A stretch of DNA of 32,000 bases from Archaeoglobus fulgidus DSM 4304 (GCF_000008665.1 NC_000917.1:1920001-1952000); one strand, 5' to 3'. Counted from the stretch's first letter, positions 17,957 to 25,215 are shown. The notes: generated from the sequence alone by a model not told the origin. Program-made: numbers and translations.

Positions 17957-18442
17957 TTACTTGGTATCAATGAAATAAGAAGTTTTCGATTTCCTCAGCA
18001 TTTCGGCAAGTTCTTCTGAGTAAGGAATAGGCAATCGCCTTCCCGAAGGTAATCTAAGGATGATTTCGTCTTTTTCAATCTCAAATTTGATTTTTTGCCA
18101 CTCAAAGAGGTATCCGTCAATCACTAAACCTTTGTCTGCAACAAATATTCTTTCGGATTTTAGTCCTGCATTGGCCCCTCCAAAGCTGAGAGAATCCTCT
18201 ACAACCACCTCTCCAATCACTTCCACCTCTAAAGTTTCCGTTTTATCCGTAATTTCGCTTATAAATGGAACGGCCAGAAGGGCGATTAGAATTCCCAACC
18301 CAGCAGCCATCACAGCGGAAAAAACCTCAATGGCAGAATTGGCATGAGGTATTAGAACCGCAAGACCTAAAATGGAGGTGTATAAAGCTGCGAAAACAGC
18401 GGCAACCTTTGCTCCCCACCCAACACTGCAGCTCTTAACCAT
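17957..18442 (-). CDS. Membrane protein with a soluble C-terminal domain, unknown family
   Basis: 161 aa with two N-terminal TM helices (AAVFAALYTSILGLAVLI, VMAAGLGILIALLAVPFI). First gene of the co-directional array. Confidence 0.5.
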   Translation of the reverse strand: MVKSCSVGWGAKVAAVFAALYTSILGLAVLIPHANSAIEVFSAVMAAGLGILIALLAVPFISEITDKTETLEVEVIGEVVVEDSLSFGGANAGLKSERIFVADKGLVIDGYLFEWQKIKFEIEKDEIILRLPSGRRLPIPYSEELAEMLRKSKTSYFIDTK

Positions 18443-18468
18443 TCTACGCTGACAGAGAATAGCAAAAA

Positions 18469-18718
18469 TTAGGATAAAAATCTTTTGAGAATTCTAAGCA
18501 CGATTTCAGTCTCCCCGTCAAGCTCCTCTTCAAGGAACACGTGCCTCAAAACAACCCTCGCAAGGTACTTCTCCACAAGCTCTGCCGTCTCCGCATCCAA
18601 GCGTGCTGAATCGTAGCTCTCAACTACCTCAGCTATCAGGTCCCTCAAACTCCTCGACCTCCTCCGCCGATACCTTCTTCAGCAGCTCAAGACTCACAAC
18701 CCACACTCCAGAAATCAT
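18469..18718 (-). pseudogene. Small acidic helical ORF (~82 aa) interrupted by a 1-nt frameshift; absent from the ORF track
   Basis: Frame 1 reads MISGVWVVSLELLKKVSAEEVEEFEGPDS* (18718..18629). The +1 frame reads LRDLIAEVVESYDSARLDAETAELVEKYLARVVLRHVFLEEELDGETEIVLRILKRFLS* (18648..18469). Removing one G from GAGGGA joins them as ...EEVEEFEDLIAEVV... Confidence 0.35.
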
Positions 18719-18734
18719 AAAAATAATTTGACAT

Positions 18735-19268
18735 CTAATCAAATAAATATGTTTTGGTTGGCTCGCACTTCCACCGCTGCCTCAAAGCGTCAAGCTGGGG
18801 GATGAGGGCTTTGTCAGGAATGAAGGTTCTGAAGAGGACGAAGCCGTGCTCATCCTTTGCTCTGACCACAATGGCATCTGTTTTAACTTCAGTGCCCTCT
18901 TTCACCAGCAAAATCTTGGCCATCCCTTTAACCTGACGGTCGTTGATGGTGAAGAAGTTGTTTGTGAAGGAATCGTAGAAGGAGACGGACCAGTAAGTGT
19001 TCTCAGGAACTTTTGCTTCAATCAGCAAAGGCCCCTCGGAGACGTCGTAGATGCAGAAGGAGTAAAGCAGGTTGGGGCTTGGCAGAACGACGGTTCTCTG
19101 GCTTGAGTTTATTGGAGGTGCGTGGTAGATTTTGTTCTCTTCGTAGCCTGCCGAGGTTGTTGTGTAGAAGTAGAAAACCATTATCAGCTTGGGAAGGAAG
19201 GCTACAAAGGCGATGTGAGCGATGATGGCGGAAATTGCGAAGACTGCGATATACTTCCTCATCTGCAC
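18735..19268 (-). CDS. Membrane-anchored DUF1254-like protein
   Basis: N-terminal TM IAVFAISAIIAHIAFVAFL. PSPNLLYSFCIYDVSEGPLLIEAKVPENTYWSVSFYDSFTNNF resembles the DUF1254 core, from memory of the family pattern. Confidence 0.55.
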   Translation of the reverse strand: MQMRKYIAVFAISAIIAHIAFVAFLPKLIMVFYFYTTTSAGYEENKIYHAPPINSSQRTVVLPSPNLLYSFCIYDVSEGPLLIEAKVPENTYWSVSFYDSFTNNFFTINDRQVKGMAKILLVKEGTEVKTDAIVVRAKDEHGFVLFRTFIPDKALIPQLDALRQRWKCEPTKTYLFD

Positions 19269-19837
19269 CCCTCCAGAATAATTTCTGGCAGCTGGACTGA
19301 CTGCGGGCTCTCGTAAACGATTTGTTCGGGATTGTAAAGCCTCAGGACGAGAATGAAGTTCCCTTCACCCCTCAGAGGAATCCAGCTGCCCTCCCGATGC
19401 CTCTGAGAGAGCTTCACAACCCACTTCCCGTCACTCCACTTCACACTCTCTCCAGTCACTGCATAGATGTCGTATTCGTTGGGAATGAGAAAGTGGTCAG
19501 AGCCGTAAACGGTGATGCTCCACCATCTCGCTGGAAACTTTCCTCCCTCAATTCTGTAGTCGCAGTTTAGCCTCAGGGGCTGATTGCTGCTATCCGTTGT
19601 TGCGATAAAGTAAACAGCCTCAGACCTGTTGAGGGCGAAAAGGGCGTGGATGGCAATGGCAGCTCTGGTGTAGATGTCGGCCTTTTCAGAGCCTGCAAGC
19701 AAGTTAGTCTCCCACGGACCGTTTTTCACGCTGAAAAGGTCTGCGATGTAATCAACGGCGTAGTAGGCTGTAATCACTCCGAATGCAATGCCTGCGATGG
19801 CAGCGAGAATCAGCCACTTCACAATTCTCCTATTCAA
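19259..19837 (-). CDS. Membrane-anchored DUF1214-like protein
   Basis: N-terminal TM WLILAAIAGIAFGVITAYYAV. FPARWWSITVYGSDHF and GNFILVLRLYNP resemble DUF1214. The track start is a TTG at 19837. A GTG at 19822 lies ~25 nt downstream of a TATA-like TTTATAAG, which would give a leaderless mRNA. Confidence 0.55.
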   Translation of the reverse strand: MNRRIVKWLILAAIAGIAFGVITAYYAVDYIADLFSVKNGPWETNLLAGSEKADIYTRAAIAIHALFALNRSEAVYFIATTDSSNQPLRLNCDYRIEGGKFPARWWSITVYGSDHFLIPNEYDIYAVTGESVKWSDGKWVVKLSQRHREGSWIPLRGEGNFILVLRLYNPEQIVYESPQSVQLPEIILEGCR

Positions 19838-19847
19838 AAATCCTTAT

Positions 19848-19868
19848 AAATATTACTGACAAATTGCT
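19848..19868 (+). repeat. Left copy of a perfect 21-bp direct repeat AAATATTACTGACAAATTGCT
   Basis: Identical 21-mer at 26582..26602 in the same orientation. Both copies overlap TATA-like elements. Confidence 0.9.
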
Positions 19869-19991
19869 TTACATTCTACCATCCCGTGTCAGCAAACCGC
19901 ACGATGTGGGATTGGTATGGCTAGAGCAATCGACAGAAAGATCGCAAGCACGAGTCTGTTCGCCAGCCTCAATTTATCCATGCTCCCTCTC

Positions 19992-20390
19992 CTAAGAAAC
20001 ACCAACAAAAGCCATAAACAAGCCCGAAGAGGCGACGTTCGCAGCGATCCACGTTGCTGCGAGATGCCTTCTGCTCGCATTAACGAGGGCGAGGGACGAG
20101 GTGAGGGCTAAAGCTAATCCTTCCAGGATACAAAGAGATGTTAGTATCACAACGCCGAGGTACGCTGGAATGCCGACGAATAGCCTTAGACCTTGAATGG
20201 ATGTAAAGTCGATTGCCACAAAGGAGAGTGTTACTGGGATGAACGCCTTCTCCTTAACCTCCACCCCAAAAATCCGTGAGTACAGCAGCAAGAGCGTAGC
20301 GTTGAGGGCGTAGGATAGCGAAACAACGAAGGCGACATATTCCGGGAAGGACGAGAAGCTGTTGGGAGGAATTAAAAAATTGAAGAACAT
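19992..20390 (-). CDS. Small 4-TM membrane protein M2, partner of peptidase-like P2
   Basis: 132 aa, starting 6 nt after the P2 stop. Paralogous to M1: both start MxFxFxIP and share [NS]R[KR]HLxxxWxxAN near the C-terminus. Confidence 0.6.
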   Translation of the reverse strand: MFFNFLIPPNSFSSFPEYVAFVVSLSYALNATLLLLYSRIFGVEVKEKAFIPVTLSFVAIDFTSIQGLRLFVGIPAYLGVVILTSLCILEGLALALTSSLALVNASRRHLAATWIAANVASSGLFMAFVGVS

Positions 20391-20396
20391 AAGCCC

Positions 20397-21140
20397 TCAG
20401 ATGTACATGTTGCAGTTGCCCACTTCCCTGTCCAGATCGCAGAACCATGCAGCGCTGTTCGCTTCAATCCTCGCCTCGTGTGCCGTCCTTTTCTGGTAAT
20501 TTGCATCGGAGTTTCCTGTCACGTGATCCCAGAATACGTCGGCCCAAGTTCTACAGGTTGGCAATCCGAAAGCATCGTAGTCGTGTATGCTCCCCGAAGC
20601 GCCAATAACGCACTCAACCCCCTTCCTCGCGAGGACGTTTGCCAGCGAATTCGGGTTTTCGTTTGCCGCGTAGCAGGCTTGAATCACGAAAAGCCGAGTC
20701 CGTAAGCCGTATACTGCGTGGTGGTAGCAGTACCAGAGCTCTGGGTGTTTACCTGTTCCCTTAACAACTATGCACTCTCCCTTTCCGTATCCTCCGCCCT
20801 CCTTGTTTCCGTGACCGGAATAAAACACAGCCTCGTAGTTTCTAAGAATTTGATTTACAGCGTTTGTGTTGTCTACAACGCCAAAGTCATCAACATCAGG
20901 ATCCCAATTCTTTTCCATCGAATTTTTTGCAGCGTTCGTGTTATCTTTAACCCACCAATCACCCGCTCTAAACACCGCTCCCTGATCGTTATCCACACCA
21001 ACCACCATTCCAAGCAGCCCACTCTGAACTAACTGAAACCACCTCCGTCCGCCTAACACCTGTATGGTGGCATGCCGCAGAAGTGCGGAACGAAGAAAAT
21101 TGCAACCACCAAGGTGGAAATGGAGTTGGCGAGCATCCAC
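20397..21140 (-). CDS. P2: predicted His-Cys (clan-CD-like) peptidase-domain protein, shorter paralog of P1; real start probably Met45 (21008)
   Basis: Aligns with P1 over ~200 aa: GVDNDQGAVFR, SMEKN, VNQIL, EAVFYSGHG, TRLFVIQACYA, WADVFWDHVTGNSDA, HEARIE, GNCNMYI. The first 44 codons overlap the M1 gene and look non-native. Confidence 0.65.
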   Translation of the reverse strand: MDARQLHFHLGGCNFLRSALLRHATIQVLGGRRWFQLVQSGLLGMVVGVDNDQGAVFRAGDWWVKDNTNAAKNSMEKNWDPDVDDFGVVDNTNAVNQILRNYEAVFYSGHGNKEGGGYGKGECIVVKGTGKHPELWYCYHHAVYGLRTRLFVIQACYAANENPNSLANVLARKGVECVIGASGSIHDYDAFGLPTCRTWADVFWDHVTGNSDANYQKRTAHEARIEANSAAWFCDLDREVGNCNMYI

Positions 21141-21517
21141 GAAATCACCAGATGCTTCCTGTTGACCTTCGTAAAAGCGAAGGATGCGGAATATCCAAGA
21201 ATTATCCCGCCAACGATCGCATCAAGCGCTCCAAGCTCTCCTCTGTATCTCGCCAGCTCGTCCATCAGTCTCCAGTCCCCCCACAGCCAGTAGGGCATGC
21301 TTACTATGCCCCAGCTAACGAGCCCACCAGCCAACATGGCGGCGAAGTCGAGTGGAACGAGCAGCATAGTCACGATCGGGAATTTGATCTTATCCACTTT
21401 TGATTTCGTTATCAAAGCGTATGCAGCAAGGAAGATTGCGTTTGTGGCGTAGGAGTTGATAATAAAGCTGAAATCGCCGAGTCCCGGATAGTAGGGGATG
21501 TAAAAAATGAAGAGCAT
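21053..21517 (-). CDS. Small 4-TM membrane protein M1, partner of peptidase-like P1 (start moved to Met42 of the track ORF)
   Basis: MLFIFYIPYYPGLGDF... starts 4 nt after the P1 stop. The upstream part of the track ORF overlaps P1 and is T/G/R-rich. Paralog of M2. Confidence 0.6.
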   Translation of the reverse strand: MLFIFYIPYYPGLGDFSFIINSYATNAIFLAAYALITKSKVDKIKFPIVTMLLVPLDFAAMLAGGLVSWGIVSMPYWLWGDWRLMDELARYRGELGALDAIVGGIILGYSASFAFTKVNRKHLVISWMLANSISTLVVAIFFVPHFCGMPPYRC

Positions 21518-21521
21518 GCTA

Positions 21522-22463
21522 TCAAATGTAGAAGTTGCAGTCTCCCCTCTCAACGTCGAGGTTGCAGTTCCTTGGTATCCAACCAAATAGGTTGTTAGTT
21601 TCAATCCTCGCTTCGTGTGGTGTCCTCCTGTACCCCGCATCTACATTGCCCGTTACTCTGTCCCAGAAGGCGTCAGCCCAAGCGGCACATGGTGACCAGT
21701 AGTTGTAGTCGTACAACTCCCCATCATCAGCGATAACGCACCTAACCCATTTCTCTACCAGCCACTCAGCCAGTCCATTGCCCGCATAGCAGGCTGAGAC
21801 AACGAAGAGCCTCGTTTGTCTGCCGTATGCAACATCTTTCGAGCAGAAGTTGATCTTGTTGCTGTTCTTCTCACCTTTAATCAGAATGCAGTAGTTGCTT
21901 CCGTGTCCAGAATAATACACCGCCTCGTTTTCCTCAAGTATCTGGTTTACAATGTGAGCGCATCCACTCTCACTGGAGCAGTCTAAAACGTCTCTGTTGT
22001 CCACGTTGCTATCCCACGGATAGTCTTTTGGTCTGTTTTTCTCCATCGAGCTTTCAGCAGCCTTTATATCATCCCAACATTTCGGATCGTCCACTCTGAA
22101 AACTGCCCCTTGGTTGTTGTCTACACCTTTAACGGAAGTCCTAAGAAAACCGTCATTCTCAAGACCCATCCCGCCCAACTTCCATCCAAGCTCGCTGAAG
22201 TTGATGTTTGTTTTGTATTTTTGCATAACCACCTTCAAAATTTCTTCGCCAACCTCTCTCTCGTTCTCCAAACTTATGATCCTGCTCGGCTTTGGCGTAA
22301 CCCACACCACACCAACGTCAGGAATGAACATCACACCCCCCTTCATGTTCTCCTTCATTATTTCCAACCTCTTCTTAATTCTCGGATTGAGATCAAACTT
22401 GAAATCACTCACCGGCATCTTCCTGAACGCTGCAATCTTACCAATCATCCTGTTAATTACCAC
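21522..22463 (-). CDS. P1: predicted His-Cys (clan-CD-like) peptidase-domain protein with a ~105-aa N-terminal extension; possibly frameshifted from an upstream signal peptide
   Basis: EAVYYSGHG, and 38 residues later TRLFVVSACYAG: a hydrophobic strand plus His-Gly, then a hydrophobic strand plus Ala-Cys. The C-terminal blocks are shared with P2. GTG start at 22463. Confidence 0.7.
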   Translation of the reverse strand: MVINRMIGKIAAFRKMPVSDFKFDLNPRIKKRLEIMKENMKGGVMFIPDVGVVWVTPKPSRIISLENEREVGEEILKVVMQKYKTNINFSELGWKLGGMGLENDGFLRTSVKGVDNNQGAVFRVDDPKCWDDIKAAESSMEKNRPKDYPWDSNVDNRDVLDCSSESGCAHIVNQILEENEAVYYSGHGSNYCILIKGEKNSNKINFCSKDVAYGRQTRLFVVSACYAGNGLAEWLVEKWVRCVIADDGELYDYNYWSPCAAWADAFWDRVTGNVDAGYRRTPHEARIETNNLFGWIPRNCNLDVERGDCNFYI

Positions 22464-22699
22464 ATAGCAATCTTCGCCGAAAACGGGGATACTGTTTCCC
22501 TCCCCGCGTACAGCTCAACAGAGGGCTTTGCGGTTGCCGTACGCTCAGCATTACCAAAACCAGCAGCACCGCAGCAATCCTTACCATGCCACAACACCTC
22601 TTAGCTCATGATACACAATGTCTAACAAAACTTAAATTTTTCGGTGCCAGTTTTTAACTTTTTAACATTAACATCTGAATTCCGCATCCGACAAAAATC

Positions 22700-23107
22700 T
22701 CATGAGACCATCTGCTCCAAGTCCTCTCTCGTTATCCTGTTCCTCCTTTCCTGATCTTTCCACAGCTTTCTGAAGTGGTAGAAGTATTCATACAGCTCCA
22801 ACTCATCTCTGCAGAACACGATTACGTGCTTTTCAATCACTTCAATTTTCATGTATAGGGGGAGTTCCTCAAAAAGCCAGACGTCGTATTTCTTCCCCAC
22901 CACATCGACTCTCTTGAAAACCTCCCTGATGTCATATCCCTCCGGCGAGACGATGCAAACGTCAATGTCTCTGCTTGAACTGCAATCTACCGCCGAGCCA
23001 AACAGGAGGACAGCAAGAACATCGTCTTTCAGGAACTCAAAGTCCCTATAAATTACATCTTTTTTCTCAGCCACGACTTCATCACCTTCACAAATTCCTG
23101 AAGGCAC
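22700..23107 (-). CDS. mntA: Minimal nucleotidyltransferase (MNT) of a HEPN/MNT pair
   Basis: VLLFGSAVDCSSSRDIDVCIV carries the GS...DxD polymerase-beta signature. ~125-135 aa. An alternative GTG start lies at 23074. Confidence 0.85.
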   Translation of the reverse strand: MPSGICEGDEVVAEKKDVIYRDFEFLKDDVLAVLLFGSAVDCSSSRDIDVCIVSPEGYDIREVFKRVDVVGKKYDVWLFEELPLYMKIEVIEKHVIVFCRDELELYEYFYHFRKLWKDQERRNRITREDLEQMVS

Positions 23108-23463
23108 GGAATGATCTCCTCTATTGAGTTGAGGGCAATTCTATCATCAAGTCCATTGTAGCGGTGAACCAGCCTGTTTCTAAGCCCATTCGCAACTTTT
23201 AAACATTCTGAAATATTTTTATCAACCATCTCCCCCCATTTCTGGAAGTTGGTGTAATCGTCTTTTGGGGGAACGCCAGAATCTCTAAGAAACATCGCCA
23301 CAAGATCGCATGCAGCTTCAACAGCCTCCTGAGCAGCTTTATAAACTGCCAGTCTCGACTTTTTGTCAACTTTTGCCTCCTCAATCCAGTTCAGAATGTC
23401 ACCAACTCTCTCCTCAATGTGTCCAAACTTGTCGAGATATCTGGCAATCCTCTTTTCGTCCAC
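23053..23463 (-). CDS. hepT: HEPN-domain protein (DUF86 type), putative RNase toxin of a HEPN/MNT pair
   Basis: RNRLVHRY is the R-x4-H HEPN motif near the C-terminus. 136 aa with a GTG start. It overlaps the MNT gene. Confidence 0.85.
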   Translation of the reverse strand: MDEKRIARYLDKFGHIEERVGDILNWIEEAKVDKKSRLAVYKAAQEAVEAACDLVAMFLRDSGVPPKDDYTNFQKWGEMVDKNISECLKVANGLRNRLVHRYNGLDDRIALNSIEEIIPCLQEFVKVMKSWLRKKM

Positions 23464-23492
23464 AGTTCAACTGTGACACAGTCATATATTAC
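23461..23492 (-). promoter_or_regulatory. HEPN/MNT promoter with an overlapping hexamer palindrome cluster
   Basis: The minus strand reads AATATATG (TATA-like) then gACTGTGtCACAGTtgaACTGTGgac. Three alternating ACTGTG/CACAGT hexamers (23461..23482) span the expected transcription start and the GTG start codon. Confidence 0.5.
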
Positions 23493-24463
23493 TGTTTTCC
23501 GTTATTGGGTCGGTATTTCTTGACATCATCGTTCAGAAGTTGAATGAAATTAACGCACTTATCGCCCCTGTAATCGTATCTCAGAATTTCGTTCGCATAG
23601 CCATCCTTCGTGTATCCTCCGAAAATGTAGATGTACTCGCCCCCGACAGCCACCGCCTGACCCCTTGCAACTGGAAGCTTGGTCCTCATCTCGCACAGCT
23701 CTCCTGTTTTCGGGTTAAATCTGATGATCTCATCCTTCGTTTCTGCGATTCCGCTGCTACCGCCGATGGCGAAGATGTAGCCATCCGCCACCGTAGCAGC
23801 TCTGACCCACACTCTGTCGGTGAAGGCTATCCACTTAAATCCTCCCATGGGGTCGAAGCTTGCAACCCCTTCGCCACAGAAAAAGTATGCTTTGCCGCCG
23901 TACCAAACGACCGAGTGAACACATCCTCCCGGATGCTCGATGGGGCAAGAAACATCCAATTTCGCAAAGCTTTCGTTGCTCGGATAAAAGGCGTAAACCT
24001 CGCATCTCTCGCTGTTGTTCAGGAAGATGTAAACCCTACTATCTCCCCACACCGCTGCCACGTCGGAGGTTGGATGGGGAAGAGATGCGTTTAGAACTCT
24101 TAACCTCTCCAATTTTGGGTTGAAGCTCAGTATCTGATCTGTGGGGGAATACTTTCCGTTCTCGAAGACAGTTCCGCCGAAGATTAGAATCTCCTCTCCA
24201 TCCCACACCGCCGCCTCCCTCTGACTGAAATCCTCACTGCTGAGAAGAATCTCCAGACGATTTGGAGGGTGGAATTCTGCAAAGGATGTTCCGTCAACAG
24301 TCCCCAAACCGAGGTAAACCCTATCTTCCGCCTTCACACTCCACCAGACGTACACGATAGACTCATCAGCTATTTTGCCGAGACTTGTAATCTTGTCTCC
24401 TTCATCAGTCACGCAGCAGCAAAGCAGTGCAATTGCGATGAGCAGAAGTGGCTGCGGTTTCAT
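23489..24463 (-). CDS. Secreted (lipoprotein-like) Kelch-repeat beta-propeller protein
   Basis: Signal MKPQPLLLIAIALLCCCV. Repeated Kelch-type strands ILIFGGT, RVYIFLNN, AYFFCGEG, YIFAIGGS, YIYIFGGY. GGGGATGA Shine-Dalgarno-like element before the ATG. Confidence 0.8.
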   Translation of the reverse strand: MKPQPLLLIAIALLCCCVTDEGDKITSLGKIADESIVYVWWSVKAEDRVYLGLGTVDGTSFAEFHPPNRLEILLSSEDFSQREAAVWDGEEILIFGGTVFENGKYSPTDQILSFNPKLERLRVLNASLPHPTSDVAAVWGDSRVYIFLNNSERCEVYAFYPSNESFAKLDVSCPIEHPGGCVHSVVWYGGKAYFFCGEGVASFDPMGGFKWIAFTDRVWVRAATVADGYIFAIGGSSGIAETKDEIIRFNPKTGELCEMRTKLPVARGQAVAVGGEYIYIFGGYTKDGYANEILRYDYRGDKCVNFIQLLNDDVKKYRPNNGKQ

Positions 24464-24579
24464 TTTATCATCCCCTTATTTCAGGCATCAAACTCCAAGT
24501 TTGCAGCGTAAAATACCACATGAGCAGAGGTAGGTTTATACCTCATACTCTACTCGGGACCCTAAAAATAAGCAACATT

Positions 24580-25215
24580 TTAAAGTTCACCCCCGCAAGA
24601 AACGGGAACTTTCATCCATCTGCCCCTCTTGTCCTCGGTAATATTAACGGGAGTTGTCTTGCACCATAGATAGTTGTAATGGCCGAAGTTGGTGTAAATC
24701 CTTTTTCCGAAAATGTCCACGTAGTCCAGTTCAAGGTAATACAACATGACCTGCAGGCTGACGTAGCTTGAGTTTGTGTAATCGAGAAGGACACTAACAT
24801 TCCCGTCGTCTATTCTGTATTCAGTGAGGTTCTCTATCTTAATTTCTGGGAATTCGACTGTGATGTCCATTCTGTAATTGGTTAAGGTTTCATTTTCTCC
24901 ATGCAGTCGATAAATCTCATAGTAAGGTTTTTCGCGAGCTATTTTTATATACGTTCTGTTGCCAATTTTAACAATTTCGAAATTTGCCGGTACTATCTCC
25001 AGCGAGCCCAGCTTGGCTGCAGGGATCAAGACCGTTACGTTTTCGAATGGCTTGCGGCTTTCAAGATATATGTAGTAGCTTAGCGTGTATCTTTCCTTGG
25101 TTGCGAGAGGGTCCAGCAGTCCAAAACCACCATAAACAATGAACATCGGGAGGAATAACAGTCCCAAAAAAAGGAGTATTAGAAACACCACCAATGCTGC
25201 AGATGTGCGCTTCAT
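24580..25215 (-). CDS. Membrane-anchored extracellular protein rich in N-glycosylation sequons
   Basis: N-terminal TM ALVVFLILLFLGLLFLPMFIV. Seven N-x-S/T sequons (NVT, NRT, NET, NLT, NVS, NSS, NIT). It starts 6 nt after the upstream stop. Confidence 0.55.
   Translation of the reverse strand: MKRTSAALVVFLILLFLGLLFLPMFIVYGGFGLLDPLATKERYTLSYYIYLESRKPFENVTVLIPAAKLGSLEIVPANFEIVKIGNRTYIKIAREKPYYEIYRLHGENETLTNYRMDITVEFPEIKIENLTEYRIDDGNVSVLLDYTNSSYVSLQVMLYYLELDYVDIFGKRIYTNFGHYNYLWCKTTPVNITEDKRGRWMKVPVSCGGEL

Noticed and set aside
19889-20111. Track ORFs 19889..20080(-) and 19917..20111(+). The first contains a 30-aa hydrophobic peptide (MDKLRLANRLVLAIFLSIALAIPIPHRAVC, from 19981) just downstream of M2. 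A possible plus-strand transcript from the left repeat copy would be antisense to M2.
   Set aside because: The long versions overlap M2 and look non-native. The 30-aa peptide and the antisense transcript are pure speculation without expression data and have no counterpart after M1.
21009-21640. N-terminal extensions of the track ORFs for P2 (to 21140) and M1 (to 21640).
   Set aside because: Both extensions overlap the preceding gene in another frame and are compositionally odd (MDARQLHFHLGGCNFLRSALLRHATIQ..., MRGTGGHHTKRGLKLTTYLVGYQGTATST...). The internal Met starts align with the paralog N-termini or sit a few nt after the upstream stop.
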